A stretch of DNA of 64,000 nt, taken from Octopus sinensis (Eukaryota). Of this stretch, positions 1-10,842 are shown piece after piece. Within the stretch, counting starts at the first letter, position 1; the number at the start of each line of letters is the position of its first letter. The translations under genes were made by a program, and so were the position numbers. The notes under the pieces were generated by a model, which was given only the letters and a program-made list of their open reading frames with translations, was not told where the DNA came from and did no database searches. The DNA is taken from positions 95,852,001 through 95,916,000 of the forward strand of contig NC_042997.1 in assembly GCF_006345805.1 (NCBI RefSeq), read 5' to 3'.

Positions 1-470
1 ACTAAAGTTTTACTCCCTGGAGAGAAAGCAAGAAAGGAATGCCGTGATATACATATGGAAGATACATATAGAAGATACTGGAAGGTCTGGCTCACAACTT
101 TGGAATAAAAAACTATACCATGCACCCAACTGGACGGCACTGCATGATACCAAAGATACCGTCTTCTTCATCTCAAATAAGGACCCATTATTGCAACAGC
201 CTGGGTTTCAGGGGACCACAATTATTTAACATCCTACCAAGGAACCTAAGAGATATGCATGTTGTAGATGTCGAAACATTCAAAAGGCACACGAACAAAT
301 TTCTATCTGAGATTCCAGATGACGCTCTCCTCCATCCTGGCAGGAGGCACAAAGAAGAGCAGCTTCGTCAAATTCACTTCTTCAGCAAAAACTGTACCGA
401 ACCGAGACTCCAAAATACTGAAAGGTGGTGTTCCAGCGTGGCTCCAACCTCTGGTTGTAACCAGTAAAAT
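1..470 (+). mobile_element. 3' end of a non-LTR retrotransposon (CR1/L2-like RT C-terminal tail plus short 3' UTR), degenerate and running off the window start
   Basis: ORF 120..467 contains NSLGFRGPQLFNILPRNLR...VETFKRHTNKFLSEIPD, which resembles the post-RT C-terminus of CR1/L2-group LINEs. It ends in a short tail followed by (TA)n. Clade is inferred from motif memory. Confidence 0.65.
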
Positions 471-484
471 AATATATATATATA

Positions 485-1644
485 CTAGCATTAAAGACCC
501 GTCGTTGCAGGGTCATAGTGCTAGTGCATGTATATATGTGTATATATATGTGTACATATTACAATGTACATCTATATATATACACATAAAATACAAAATA
601 CAAAGTTATATCTTGATATCGCTAGTGATATACTCAAAATATATAACAGACTTGATTTGTTAGCCCGTCTCTTGTAATTTCGATCAATTGTATATTGACC
701 TCCCTCTTGTATAGAAGTGTGGCTACAATCCAGCCTACCTCTACTTCGGGGGAGGGGGAGGCATCTTTAATTTTTTCCGGGACGTCCTACGTCCCAGATA
801 TAAAGGTAAAAGTAAAATATTTCCACTTTGCAAGTTCGAGTCGAGTACTCCCTTGCACGTTCCGTTGACTCGATCCTTGCTTCTATTGTGGCGAATTTAC
901 CGCCTCTGATTAGATATCTTTCATAGTCGCACCAAGACACTTTTCGAAGGTGCTTCCCTCCATGTGTTCAAATCTTTTTTCTCTACATTGTATACTTTGT
1001 AGACAATAGTCTTTTCTTTAATTTAATTTTTTATTATCCATCTGGACTATTCCATTTCTGCACGCTAATTTTATTTTTAATTTATTCCCATTCATGTGAA
1101 ACCACTTATTCAAGTTCATATCACTGATGCAATTTTATACCAGTTGCTATTTTTACTTTTGTTATGTTATGATTATATTATACTTTAGTCTGATTTTAAT
1201 TATTACTTACTACATATAATTCAATTGTCATTATTATTTTTATTGTTAAAGTGAAAGTATCTGACATAAAATAGAGAAATGATTTGTTTCACTTTCAACA
1301 CGTAATACTGAAATAGTGAAGATATAATATTGCTATGGGCTCGCTCAAGGCAAGAAGTTGAACTTTTTTTTGCCCATGAAACTACATGGACCCTAAGTAA
1401 AGCATGTGTAAAATTTGAATGAAATTGGTTGTGTAGTTCTCAAGTTTCAGGGAATCGTAATGGAGAAGATATGATATTGCTGTGGGCTCGCCCAAGGCAA
1501 AAAGTTAAGAATTTTTTTGTAGTTGACACTCCCCGGACGCTAAGTAAGGCATGTGTAAAATTTGAATGAAATTGGTTGTGTAGTTCTAGGGAAACACACA
1601 GACAGAAAGACAGACACACATTCTCAGTTTTATATATATATAGA
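485..1644 (-). mobile_element. Non-autonomous Helitron
   Basis: On the minus strand it starts TC (1644-1643) and ends CTAG (488-485), inserted between host A (1645) and T (484). A subterminal hairpin GACCC-N9-GGGTC (496-514) lies 7 nt from the CTAG end. A (GACA)-like microsatellite is near the 5' end. No ORF. Confidence 0.7.
1318..1587. repeat. Tandem duplication of a ~123-bp unit (period ~147 bp) inside the Helitron
   Basis: The unit gaagatat.atattgct.tgggctcgc.caaggcaa...taagtaa.gcatgtgtaaaatttgaatgaaattggttgtgtagttct occurs at 1318-1440 and 1465-1587. Confidence 0.9.
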
Positions 1645-2087
1645 TATAAGTTATTTTTACTTTATAAATTTTTAATTGTTATCATTCATATCATTTGTAA
1701 ATTTTGTCATTCGTACTATAATTTTTATTCGAAAATATTTATTCGTCATTGCTTCCATTTTTATTCGAATATATTTTTTTTTTGCCATTCCTTTCATTTT
1801 ATATCATCACAAGTATATATCTTTACCCTTATATATTATTAATTTTATCTTTATAGACATAAGTTACGTAAGAACATAGTTTTTGCAAATTGTTATTTTC
1901 ATTCGTATTTTTTATTTTCATCTTTATTACTATTTTATTTTTGTATTTTTTTTATTTTTGTAATTTTATATTTGAATTAAATGATGGCTTGTACAGTAGG
2001 GTCCGGCGAACCTATTTTACTCATACTTATTTGTTTAAAGAATTAAAATATAGTTTATAATATCAAACTATGAGAAAGTGATATAGA

Positions 2088-2182
2088 GGCCTGATGATTT
2101 TGGTTATATTTTAAGAATGGTTCCAGTAAAACACGGCGTGGTTAAGGAACCGGGAAATGTACCTCAAGAAACACGTGTAGCC
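2088..2182 (+). ncRNA. Candidate type I hammerhead ribozyme with extended stem II
   Basis: Stem I ggc/gcc (2088-90 with 2180-82); core CTGATGA (2091-97); long imperfect stem II including ggttcc/ggaacc; GAAA (2168-71); palindromic stem III acacgtgt; GUA cleavage triplet (2177-79). Confidence 0.5.
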
Positions 2183-2380
2183 AAGTTATAAAGTAGTAAG
2201 TATTTAGATTTAAATTATTTTATATGGTTAGATGAAGGGCCTACTATCTCTAAATGGAAAAATATATATTTCCTCATTGAGAATAATTCGAACCCCTGTT
2301 ATGCCGGAATTTTTATTCCCTAACAAATAAAATTATATATATATATATTTGGAGCAAGAGCACACACGAAAATGAAAAGT

Positions 2381-2423
2381 GTCGCTAAAGAGATCATAGA
2401 TGCGTGACGAAAGATTTCCGGAC
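2381..2423 (+). ncRNA. Degenerate hammerhead-like motif with mutated core
   Basis: gtcg-CTAAAGA-g(a)tca..tga c-GAAA-gatt-TC-cggac. The core is one substitution from CTGAAGA, stem II is closed by G-C, and stem I is imperfect. Confidence 0.3.
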
Positions 2424-2568
2424 AATGGACATGAGTTAAAATTTAAAAAGAATAAGAACAGTAATAAATGAGTGAAGAACAAATATATAGTGTGTGTTTA
2501 TTTGGAAAAATAACTGACTATCCCGAAATACAACAATATATGTTTCAGCACACGATTTCACATCAGGA

Positions 2569-2590
2569 ATGTTGCAACATAAATTGGTAA

Positions 2591-2627
<37 letters not shown>

Positions 2628-2643
2628 ACACACACACACACAC

Positions 2644-2731
<88 letters not shown>

Positions 2732-2769
2732 GTGTGTGTGTGTGTGTTTACCAATTTATGTTGCAACAT
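2569..2769. repeat. Inverted duplication centred on a (CA)n/(TA)n/(TG)n microsatellite
   Basis: atgttgcaacataaattggtaaa (2569-2591) is the exact reverse complement of 2747-2769 (23/23). Confidence 0.95.
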
Positions 2770-2788
2770 ATATATATTATATATATAT

Positions 2789-2910
2789 ATTTATTATATA
2801 GAAGGAGCTTCTACAGGACTAGAACTGTTTCATTCAAGAGAAAGCTTCCTGAAGATTTCTCTTGAATGAAACAGTTCTAGTCCTGTAGAAGCTCCTTCTA
2901 TATAATAAAT
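2789..2910. repeat. Perfect 55-bp inverted repeat with 12-nt spacer
   Basis: 2789-2843 and 2856-2910 are exact reverse complements, checked base by base. Confidence 0.95.
2843..2893 (+). ncRNA. Type I hammerhead ribozyme motif (Penelope pLTR-type)
   Basis: Stem I agcttc/gaagct (6 bp); core CTGAAGA (2849-55); stem II ttc-tctt-gaa with a U.U closing mismatch; GAAA (2868-71); stem III acag/ctgt; GUA cleavage triplet (2885-87). Confidence 0.65.
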
Positions 2911-2976
2911 TAATTTTACTCTGCTATGTATTGAGTACCTTATTTACTGTGGTTAACCCCGAATCAACCCGGGACC

Positions 2977-3021
<45 letters not shown>

Positions 3022-3384
3022 ACGAGTGGATTCGAACCTGAATGTATAGAATTCCCCTAGATACAACGGTATTTTCATATAGAAAATACAATCATTGACA
3101 GCAGTGATGCTCAACACGTGGCCTACCAAGTCGATTTATGTTTTTCCCACTTAATTGTTTCCCCTCTTCTATGTCAGGAAAAGCTGAAAATAGATAAGAA
3201 TCACATACAGCAGTTTTTTTTTTCCAATTGTTCTCCGAGATATGTCTCTGCTCGTTGTTCTGCGATAATTAAAAAATATTAAAATCCCGCTCCCGTAAAG
3301 CTAAGTTAGTGAAATGAAACGACCACAACCAGTGACTTTTCATTGTTTCTGACAAGTGACATTCTCTCTCTCTGTTTCTCTGTC

Positions 3385-3444
<60 letters not shown>

Positions 3445-3780
3445 CTGCAGCTGAAACGGCAGGCATCATTCTGTCTTCCTCATCTGTTCATTTGTTCCTC
3501 TATCGTTCTTTTTGTCTTACTTCTGCAATTGACCAAAATAGTAAACAACAGCACAAGAAGATGAAAAAGTGATCTCCATTTTGTTTCGACTTATTGAGAA
3601 TGTGATCTCAAATATTTTGTAACGGCTTCGTATCTCCAATCAACAAGGACTACTTTGAACTCTAACAGCTTTTTATAACAGCTTCGCGCTAACTTTCATA
3701 TGAATTTTGACATTCCTTTCTCAATACATAATTACGGTTACGGACTTCTTATATTTGCAGCTTTCCTTTTGTTATCCCAA

Positions 3781-3818
<38 letters not shown>

Positions 3819-3820
<2 letters not shown>

Positions 3821-4092
3821 TCTTTACTCTTTTAGTCTTTTACTTGTTTCAGTCATTTGACTGCGGCCATGCTGGAGCACCACCTTTAGTCGAGCAAATC
3901 GACCCCGCACATATATATATACATATATACGACGGGCTTCTTTCAGTTTCCGTCTACCAAATCCACTCACAAGGCATTGGTCGGCCCGGGGCTATAGCAG
4001 AAGACACTTGCCCAAGATGCCACGCAGTGGGACTGAACCCGGAACCATGTGGTTGGTTAGCAAGCTACTTACCACACAGCCACTCCTGCGCC
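3819..4092 (-). mobile_element. tRNA-derived SINE, type A (commonest family here), internally deleted
   Basis: Head ggcgcaggagtggctgtgtggtaagtagcttgc...ggttccgggttcagtccc carries A/B-box-like motifs. Tail is ggtgctccagcatggccgcagtcaaatgactgaaacaagtaaaa. It matches the full copy at 43146-43550. Confidence 0.85.
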
Positions 4093-4126
<34 letters not shown>

Positions 4127-4484
4127 GCGTACTGATGTCGGTCTAATCGACTGGCCCCCTCCCCCAAAATTTCGGGCCTTGTGCCTATAGTAGAAAAGAA
4201 TATTACTGACTGCTATGGACATTTAAACTTGTCAACATTGAAATTCTTGTCCTCCTAATTCATCATTTTGAAATTGTCTGTTAGGAACATTTCAGTTTGT
4301 CAACATTGAAACTTTTAAAAGTTTTTTTTCTAATTCATAATTTTAAACTTTTACCATTGATAAAAATGCTTCTTTTGGCTGTCTCTACACGTATACTCGG
4401 CCGGTGGTCGGAAATGAGGTAAAATATGAGACCTCCGAAAAAATAACATTCTTCCACCGCTCTAGGGACCAATTCTGTAGGTTT

Positions 4485-5058
4485 TTACTCCACTCTAAAC
4501 GCTTTGCAACTTTTGTTTTGAAAGTAGTGGTATTCTGATTGCATCCCTCCCGTGAAATCCGGCCTTGTGCAGCTTCCGTCGAACAGTTTCTGTGGAAATT
4601 GGGTTCTCGAGGTGGTCATTAAGCTCTGCAGTAATTTTGTGAGCTGTAATTGTGTGATCCTTTCCAACAATTCGCGTAAGAGTCGGACGGTCCCTATTTG
4701 AAAGTTTGGATTTTCTTCCGGAGTTTTGTTTCGACGATGGGGTTTTTCCCTATGTTTCTCAAAGGTTGCCATTACGTTCGAGACAGTACTTCTTGATACA
4801 CCATACATTTCGACTGTTTTCATTACACTAGTGCCTGCCATACGCATACCAACAATTTGACCTATTTGAAAGTCCGATACATCTGTCATTTTGATGAATT
4901 TAATTACTTTTTTTTTTAATGAAATCTGAAAAGAAACAACAGTTTTAGCAAAACATAAAATCAAAAACATAAAAATAAACAAGCTTTTGACAGTTTTATA
5001 GACATTTCAAAATTATGATACTATGATGCTAGGTGCTTCCATTATTTTGTCCAATAAC
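4485..5058 (-). mobile_element. 5' fragment of a Tc1-like DNA transposon (TIR plus frameshifted HTH region)
   Basis: MTDVSDFQIGQIVGMRMAGTSVMKTVEMYGVSRSTVSNVM from the ATG at 4889 is a Tc1-type paired-like HTH. TIR-like aggtgcttccattattttgtcca at 5031-5053. No DDE region present. Confidence 0.75.
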
Positions 5059-5084
5059 TAAAGGTGGTGGGGTGACAAAAACGT

Positions 5085-5275
5085 TCGCACGCTTGGCAGC
5101 GTTCTTAGCGGCATTTCATCCATCTTTACGTTTTGAGTTCAAATTCTGCCGAGGTCGACTTTGCCTTTCTTCACTTCAGGGTCGATGAAATAATTACCAT
5201 TACAGAACTGGGGTCAACGTAATCGTCTTACCCGATCCCGCGAATCGGCTGGCCTTGTGCCAAAATTTGAAACCT
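5085..5275 (+). mobile_element. SINE type B (Nin/Deu-domain-like), degenerate
   Basis: gttttgagttcaaattctgccgaggtcgactttgccttt...ggggtcaacgtaatcg matches the copy at 12607-12838. Confidence 0.7.
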
Positions 5276-5285
5276 ATATATTTAT

Positions 5286-5321
<36 letters not shown>

Positions 5322-6334
5322 ATTATATATATATATATATATATATGTATATGATCAAAGAGATTCCAGTAGTGATTGTTCGGCTAGATTAAGATCTGTC
5401 TAGAGCTACCACTTCTAATATATCTTTTTTTTTTCTTTTTAAATATGTAGCGTAAGAGATAAGAAGTAGATTTTGATTTTATATGATTTTATATTTTGCT
5501 TTATTGCGACGGGATTTCCAGTGAGAATTGACACAATGTTTTCTTCTGATCACTTTGTATATATACAAAGTACACCAGACATTCAGTCATAATTACAAGT
5601 TTATAATATTTATTAGACTCACCAAATCAATATTCAGTTATAGTACTATTTCCTGTTCATAGTGCAATCGGTTTTTCCAAAATACTACCGGGAAATTGAA
5701 CCTGTGAATGTGCAGTTAGAAAACTGACACAGAATACATTTCAGAAATATTCGTATCACAGCAAGAAATTGTCATTGCAGTACGATCGTAAATTGTGTTT
5801 TCTCACTCAGTAGTGGTAATCAGAGATGTGAGAAGTAAATAAATAATAAAAAGAAAACAGTTAAAGAAACGAAGGAGAGTGAGAAAAGAGAAGAAAATTA
5901 CAATTGAAATAAAAAAGCAATCAATATCTTTAAATATAAATTGAATACTGTAATCAAATTGACATTAATTCAATGTAATATTTAAACTGTTCTCTCAAGC
6001 AAAAATATTGTCTACGAAGTAACCACGAACAATTTAGTTAAACTAAATTAATCATAAATACACTTGTGACGAAAACCACTTTCACGAACGATTGTTTTTT
6101 TTATTTTCTCCAATTAAAGTTATTCTCTTTGGGTATTTATTTTTTTAAATATTTTATTCATTAGACAATTACTTTGTCGTAATAAATGGAAGAGCACAGT
6201 AGTAACTATCGGGAAACTGTTTAAGTGCTTGTTATCATCAATTGAAAAGAAATGAAAGTGAAATATATAAATTAAAAGCTGGTTATGTCTTCTTCTTAGA
6301 TTGAAATTTGATTATATATATAATATATATATGC

Positions 6335-6403
<69 letters not shown>

Positions 6404-6415
6404 AATGTATTTATA

Positions 6416-6478
<63 letters not shown>

Positions 6479-6479
6479 A

Positions 6480-6775
6480 GAGGCGCAATGACCCAGTGAT
6501 TATGTCAGCGGACTCGAGGTGGAAGGATCACGGTTTCGATTTCCAGACAGGGTGTTGTGTGTGTTTATTGAGCGAAAACACCTAAAAGCTCCACGAGGGT
6601 CCGGCAGGGGATGGTGGTGACCCCTGTTGCACTCTTTCACCCCAACTTTCTCTCATTCTTTCCTCCTGTTTCTTGAGTAACGCTACAATGGACTGGCGTC
6701 CCGTCCAGCTGGGGGGAACACATACGCCATAGAAACCGGGAAACCGAGCCATGAGCCTGGCTAGGCTTGAAAAGG

Positions 6776-6780
<5 letters not shown>
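6480..6780 (+). mobile_element. tRNA-derived SINE, type D
   Basis: tRNA-like head (ggcgcaatgacccagtgatta...ggtttcgatttcc) and a central atggactggcgtcccgtccag motif resembling the V-SINE domain (from memory). Flanked by microsatellites. Confidence 0.6.
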
Positions 6781-6848
<68 letters not shown>

Positions 6849-6884
6849 AATATATATTAAATACATATACACACACACACACAC

Positions 6885-6934
<50 letters not shown>

Positions 6935-6944
6935 GTACATACGT

Positions 6945-7165
6945 ATACTCTTTTTTTTTACTTGTTTCAGTCATTTGACTACGGTCATGATAGGGTATCG
7001 CCTTTAGTCGAGCAAATCGACCCCAGGATTTATTCTTTGTAAGCCTAGTACTTATTCTATCGATAACTTTTGCCGAACCGCTAGGTTGCTGGTACGTAAA
7101 CACCAGCATTGGTTATCAAGCGAAGTTGGGGAGACAAACAGAGACACACAAACATACACACACAT
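6945..7165 (-). mobile_element. SINE type A, 3' half, abutting the L1/Tx1 fragment
   Basis: cttgtttcagtcatttgact...ctttagtcgagcaaatcgaccccagg...cttattctatcg...gccgaaccgctag matches type A. Confidence 0.8.
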
Positions 7166-8885
7166 GATGGACTCAGCTGATAGCTGTACTCCTCCTATCG
7201 ATGACAACAGTTGTTCTGTAAAAATTATCAGTCCCGATAATTCCGGATATTCCACGAAGCGTGCAAGACGGTTTCCCTATCCTGCTCGCACCTTGGGCAT
7301 GTCGGTGAGACGGCACTTCCGTGCCTTGACAGGATATCACGAACAAGTAACGCCGCATGTAAGCACTGCCAAGCCAGGGATTTCTGGTAATTATCCAGGT
7401 TCCCCGTCCCGAACGTTCTTCTGGACAGATTGATCAACTGACTTTCATCATAGCCGAGGGTAACCCCCAAGGAGTCTTCTGACTTTGATCCTACTATCCC
7501 GCTATAGAAATCCGCAGTGGAACTTTTATTACCGGCATTGCCCGTCCGAGAGGGTAGCTGAAGTGTCTGACGGCACTCCAATTTCCAATCTCCCAGTGTA
7601 GGTTTCTGCTTGATCTATGTACCAATGTCCGTAAAGGACAGTAACTGCGTGAGGTAGAAATGGATGTGCAGTAACTACATCTGCTCTCCATCCAGGTAAA
7701 TCCAGATGTGCCTTAATCTTAACGTGAATTTTCGCATTTCCACCGAAGGCATCCCTAAGCCACACTTTAGCGGTTGCTGACAGCAGACAGAACGCTTCGC
7801 AAGTGGCTTTCCTCCCTTTCACAAAAAGCTGAAAAGGATTCTCTTCAACTTGTTGTGAGTAAGTCACCACGGTCAGGCGGTGGTGATAACTGATGCTGTA
7901 AACATCTGCACCATCTCCGTCCTCCTTAGCAAGGATAACGCCCGCCCAGACCAGGTCTGGGTCAGTGCAGTCACCTTGCTGGTTATCTCCCTCCAATTCT
8001 TCTCTATTTGGTGGTCTGGACAAAACCAGACTCCGACCAGCTTTACAGGACCTTCGGTGCAGTACCCCGCGATGTTATTGGACGCCATCGACTTGCCCCT
8101 CCACGCGCAGAGTTGCAAACCGACCGACTTGTCCTTGTTAACTTTTGCTCCTGCCATCACCTCGTAGATTTTGATGGCCTCTTACACCATTGGAAGCTGG
8201 CCCTCATCCGCTACGATAATGGAGATGTCATCCGCATACGCAGTAGCACTTCTTCTACACCATCGATTATTCCCCCCCCCCAGTGACTCCAACTTCCGCA
8301 GCAATGACTCAAGGGCCAATACATACAAACACGGGGACAGGGGACACACCTGAGGCAATGACCGCTCGGTTCTGAATGGTTTCGAAAAGAAACCATTCAC
8401 TTTAACGACAGACTCGATGTCGCTGTACAAAGCAACAATCCAACCGCGGAAGGTCGGGCCAAATGCCAGCCTTCTCAAGGACCGGCGCCAAGTACCGATG
8501 GTCGACCCTATCATACGGTTTGAAATGTAACAGTGCCCCTCCTTCACCAGAAAGCTTCCCTACCCTCTCTAAGGTGTAGCGTATAAGATGCAGGTTGTCG
8601 TGAATCGACCTGCCCGGGATTACGCAAGTTTGCACCCTCCCCACAGATCCGTCCACGACCCGCGCCAACATTTTTGCTAACACCTTGGCCAAAATACTAA
8701 CTCTGTTACTAATCTTGTCCCCCTTGCTCGGGTCCTTTCTGATCAGCGTCACCACCCCTCGGCTTGCAGACTAGCGAATTCTCCCATTCTGTTGCCAATT
8801 GGCGTAAATGCTGGCCAGCAAGTGCCCGAACAAGTGTGGCACACTCATATAGAATTCATAGGGCAGACCATCGAGACATGGCGAG
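7166..8885 (-). pseudogene. L1/Tx1-clade ORF2 (reverse transcriptase plus C-terminal Cys/His motif), broken by frameshifts and deletions
   Basis: Minus-strand motifs in the expected order: DGLPYEFY, VVTLIRKD, GRSIHDNLHLIR, DRVDHRYL, FGPTFRGWIVALY, SLPQVCPLSPCLYVLALE, AYADDI, KVNKDKS, CPRCEQDRETVLHA. Confidence 0.85.
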
Positions 8886-8924
8886 GTATAAACAGTAGCT
8901 GCACGACATCGTGAAGTGTATGTG

Positions 8925-9140
8925 CCACATAAATGTGGCTAACCCTTAAGCCTGATAACGGGACAATACTCAGAAACTCGAGTCCGTGTGTATCATGTCA
9001 GGTTGAAGACGGGAAGGATGGCATCCCTGTGCTTGATAAGGCACAGAAAGTGTGTCAATAGCCAGGTGTAGGCGGTGTCCTCCTGGGACTACAAACGACA
9101 GTAGCACATCAACACTTAAGGGTTCGCCACATTTAAGTGG
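8925..9140. mobile_element. MITE-like element with 26-bp terminal inverted repeats
   Basis: ccacataaatgtggctaacccttaag (8925-8950) matches the reverse complement of 9115-9140 at 24/26. No ORF and no clear TSD. Confidence 0.55.
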
Positions 9141-9159
9141 AAAATATACTTCACGAGAT

Positions 9160-9192
9160 ATATATATATATATAGTATATATATATATATAG

Positions 9193-9227
<35 letters not shown>

Positions 9228-9228
9228 A

Positions 9229-9262
<34 letters not shown>

Positions 9263-9313
9263 GATATATATATATATATATATATATACATATTTATGTA
9301 TATATATATAATT

Positions 9314-9347
<34 letters not shown>

Positions 9348-9600
9348 TATATATATACATATATATATATATATAATATATATACATACATACATATATA
9401 TATATATATAATATATACATGCATACATATATATATAATATATATACATGCATATATATAATATATATTTATATATATATATATATATTATACATACATT
9501 ATATATATTATATATATACATACATATATGATATATATATACATATATATAATATATATACTTACATACATACATAGGTGTAAGTATATATATTATACAC

Positions 9601-9685
<85 letters not shown>

Positions 9686-9710
9686 GAGATAGATAGATAG
9701 GCGGACAGAT
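9160..9710. repeat. (TA)n/(TACA)n low-complexity tract followed by (GATA)n
   Basis: Direct inspection. Confidence 0.95.
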
Positions 9711-10128
9711 AGACAGATGTGTATGTGATTAATTGACTTTTTTCTAATAAACAATCAGATTATGGGCAATTTCTTCTACGCTATATGGCAACAGTAATCA
9801 ACACAAACATTTAACACATAAAATACATTGAGCGTTAATTGAATTTTAAAAAAAAAATGCTAGTACTGAACAATAGAGCAATCAGCGTAATAATTGGGAA
9901 AGACAACTGATCACTATCGATGGAGGTGAAAAACATGAAGCTAAACATTTCGACTAGAAAGAAAAATGGCTCTATTTGTAATTCATTTTGATTTGTTACA
10001 CATAATGCATTTATAGATATATTTGACATTAATGACAGCGTAAACGTCGACCATTATTAATGACAAATCTTTTTGTAGAGAGGTAGCTGAATCTTTAGAA
10101 TGGGGAACATGCCTTACAGTTTGGTAAT

Positions 10129-10186
10129 TATTTTGAACGCAGAACATGAAGAAATTATAACTTCTTCATGTTCTGCGTTCAAAATA
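10129..10186. repeat. Perfect 25-bp hairpin with 8-nt loop, made from a SINE type B B-box segment
   Basis: 10129-10153 and 10162-10186 are exact reverse complements. The right arm continues into type B sequence (gttcaaaatacgccgagg...ctttgtctttcatc). Confidence 0.9.
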
Positions 10187-10439
10187 CGCCGAGGTAAGCT
10201 TTGTCTTTCATCTTCTTGAAACATTGTTGTCTCTGTAATTAGCGAATCACTCCTGAAAATTTCAGGTTCCTTCTTTGAGAGGTGGAGTAGTATTCAAGAA
10301 CTGATGACTAATTTAATCAACTATACCCACCACACAAATTTAAGGCCCTGCGCCTGGTCAAGACATTAGTTGTAACAAATTCGTTACAACTTCAGAAGAA
10401 AATCTTCGAGATATATATCTCATCCCTATGTTTTAAAGT

Positions 10440-10639
10440 GAACACTTGTCTAAGTCAATTTTACTCTTCCTTCTTTTTAGATCGATAAAATCAAGTACTA
10501 GTCAAATACCGGCATCGATTCCATCGTCCCTTTTGCCAAACCGCTAGGTTACGGACACGTAAGCACACCAATATCGATTATAGAGCGGCGATGACACACA
10601 CACATATATTACATCTCTCTCTCTCTCTCTCTCTCTCTG

Positions 10640-10670
<31 letters not shown>

Positions 10671-10842
10671 TATATATATAATATATATATGTATGTATAC
10701 ACGACAGACTTCTTTCAGTTTCTGTCTACCAAATTCACCGACAAGACTTTGGTCGGCCTGAGGCTATAGTAGAAGATATTTGCTCAAGTTACCAAACGGT
10801 GGGACTGAATCCAGAACCATGTGATTGGAAAGTAGGCTTCTT
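10440..10842 (-). mobile_element. SINE type A lacking its first ~25 nt, interrupted by microsatellite
   Basis: It matches type A from the tail to ...ccatgtgattggaaagtaggcttctt. The expected accacacagccactcc is replaced by foreign sequence. Confidence 0.75.

Noticed and set aside
1318-1587. Repeat-spacer-like pattern (also 33746-33870, 43752-43794) considered as CRISPR-like
   Set aside because: Only two units each, no unique equal-length spacers, no cas genes, and a eukaryotic context.
2436-2865. ORFs rich in YI/CV/HT repeats here and throughout (e.g. 6582-7109, 9294-9602, 11852-13358, 34509-34914, 55510-56035)
   Set aside because: These are translations of (TA)n, (CA)n and (TACA)n microsatellites, which lack stop codons by construction.
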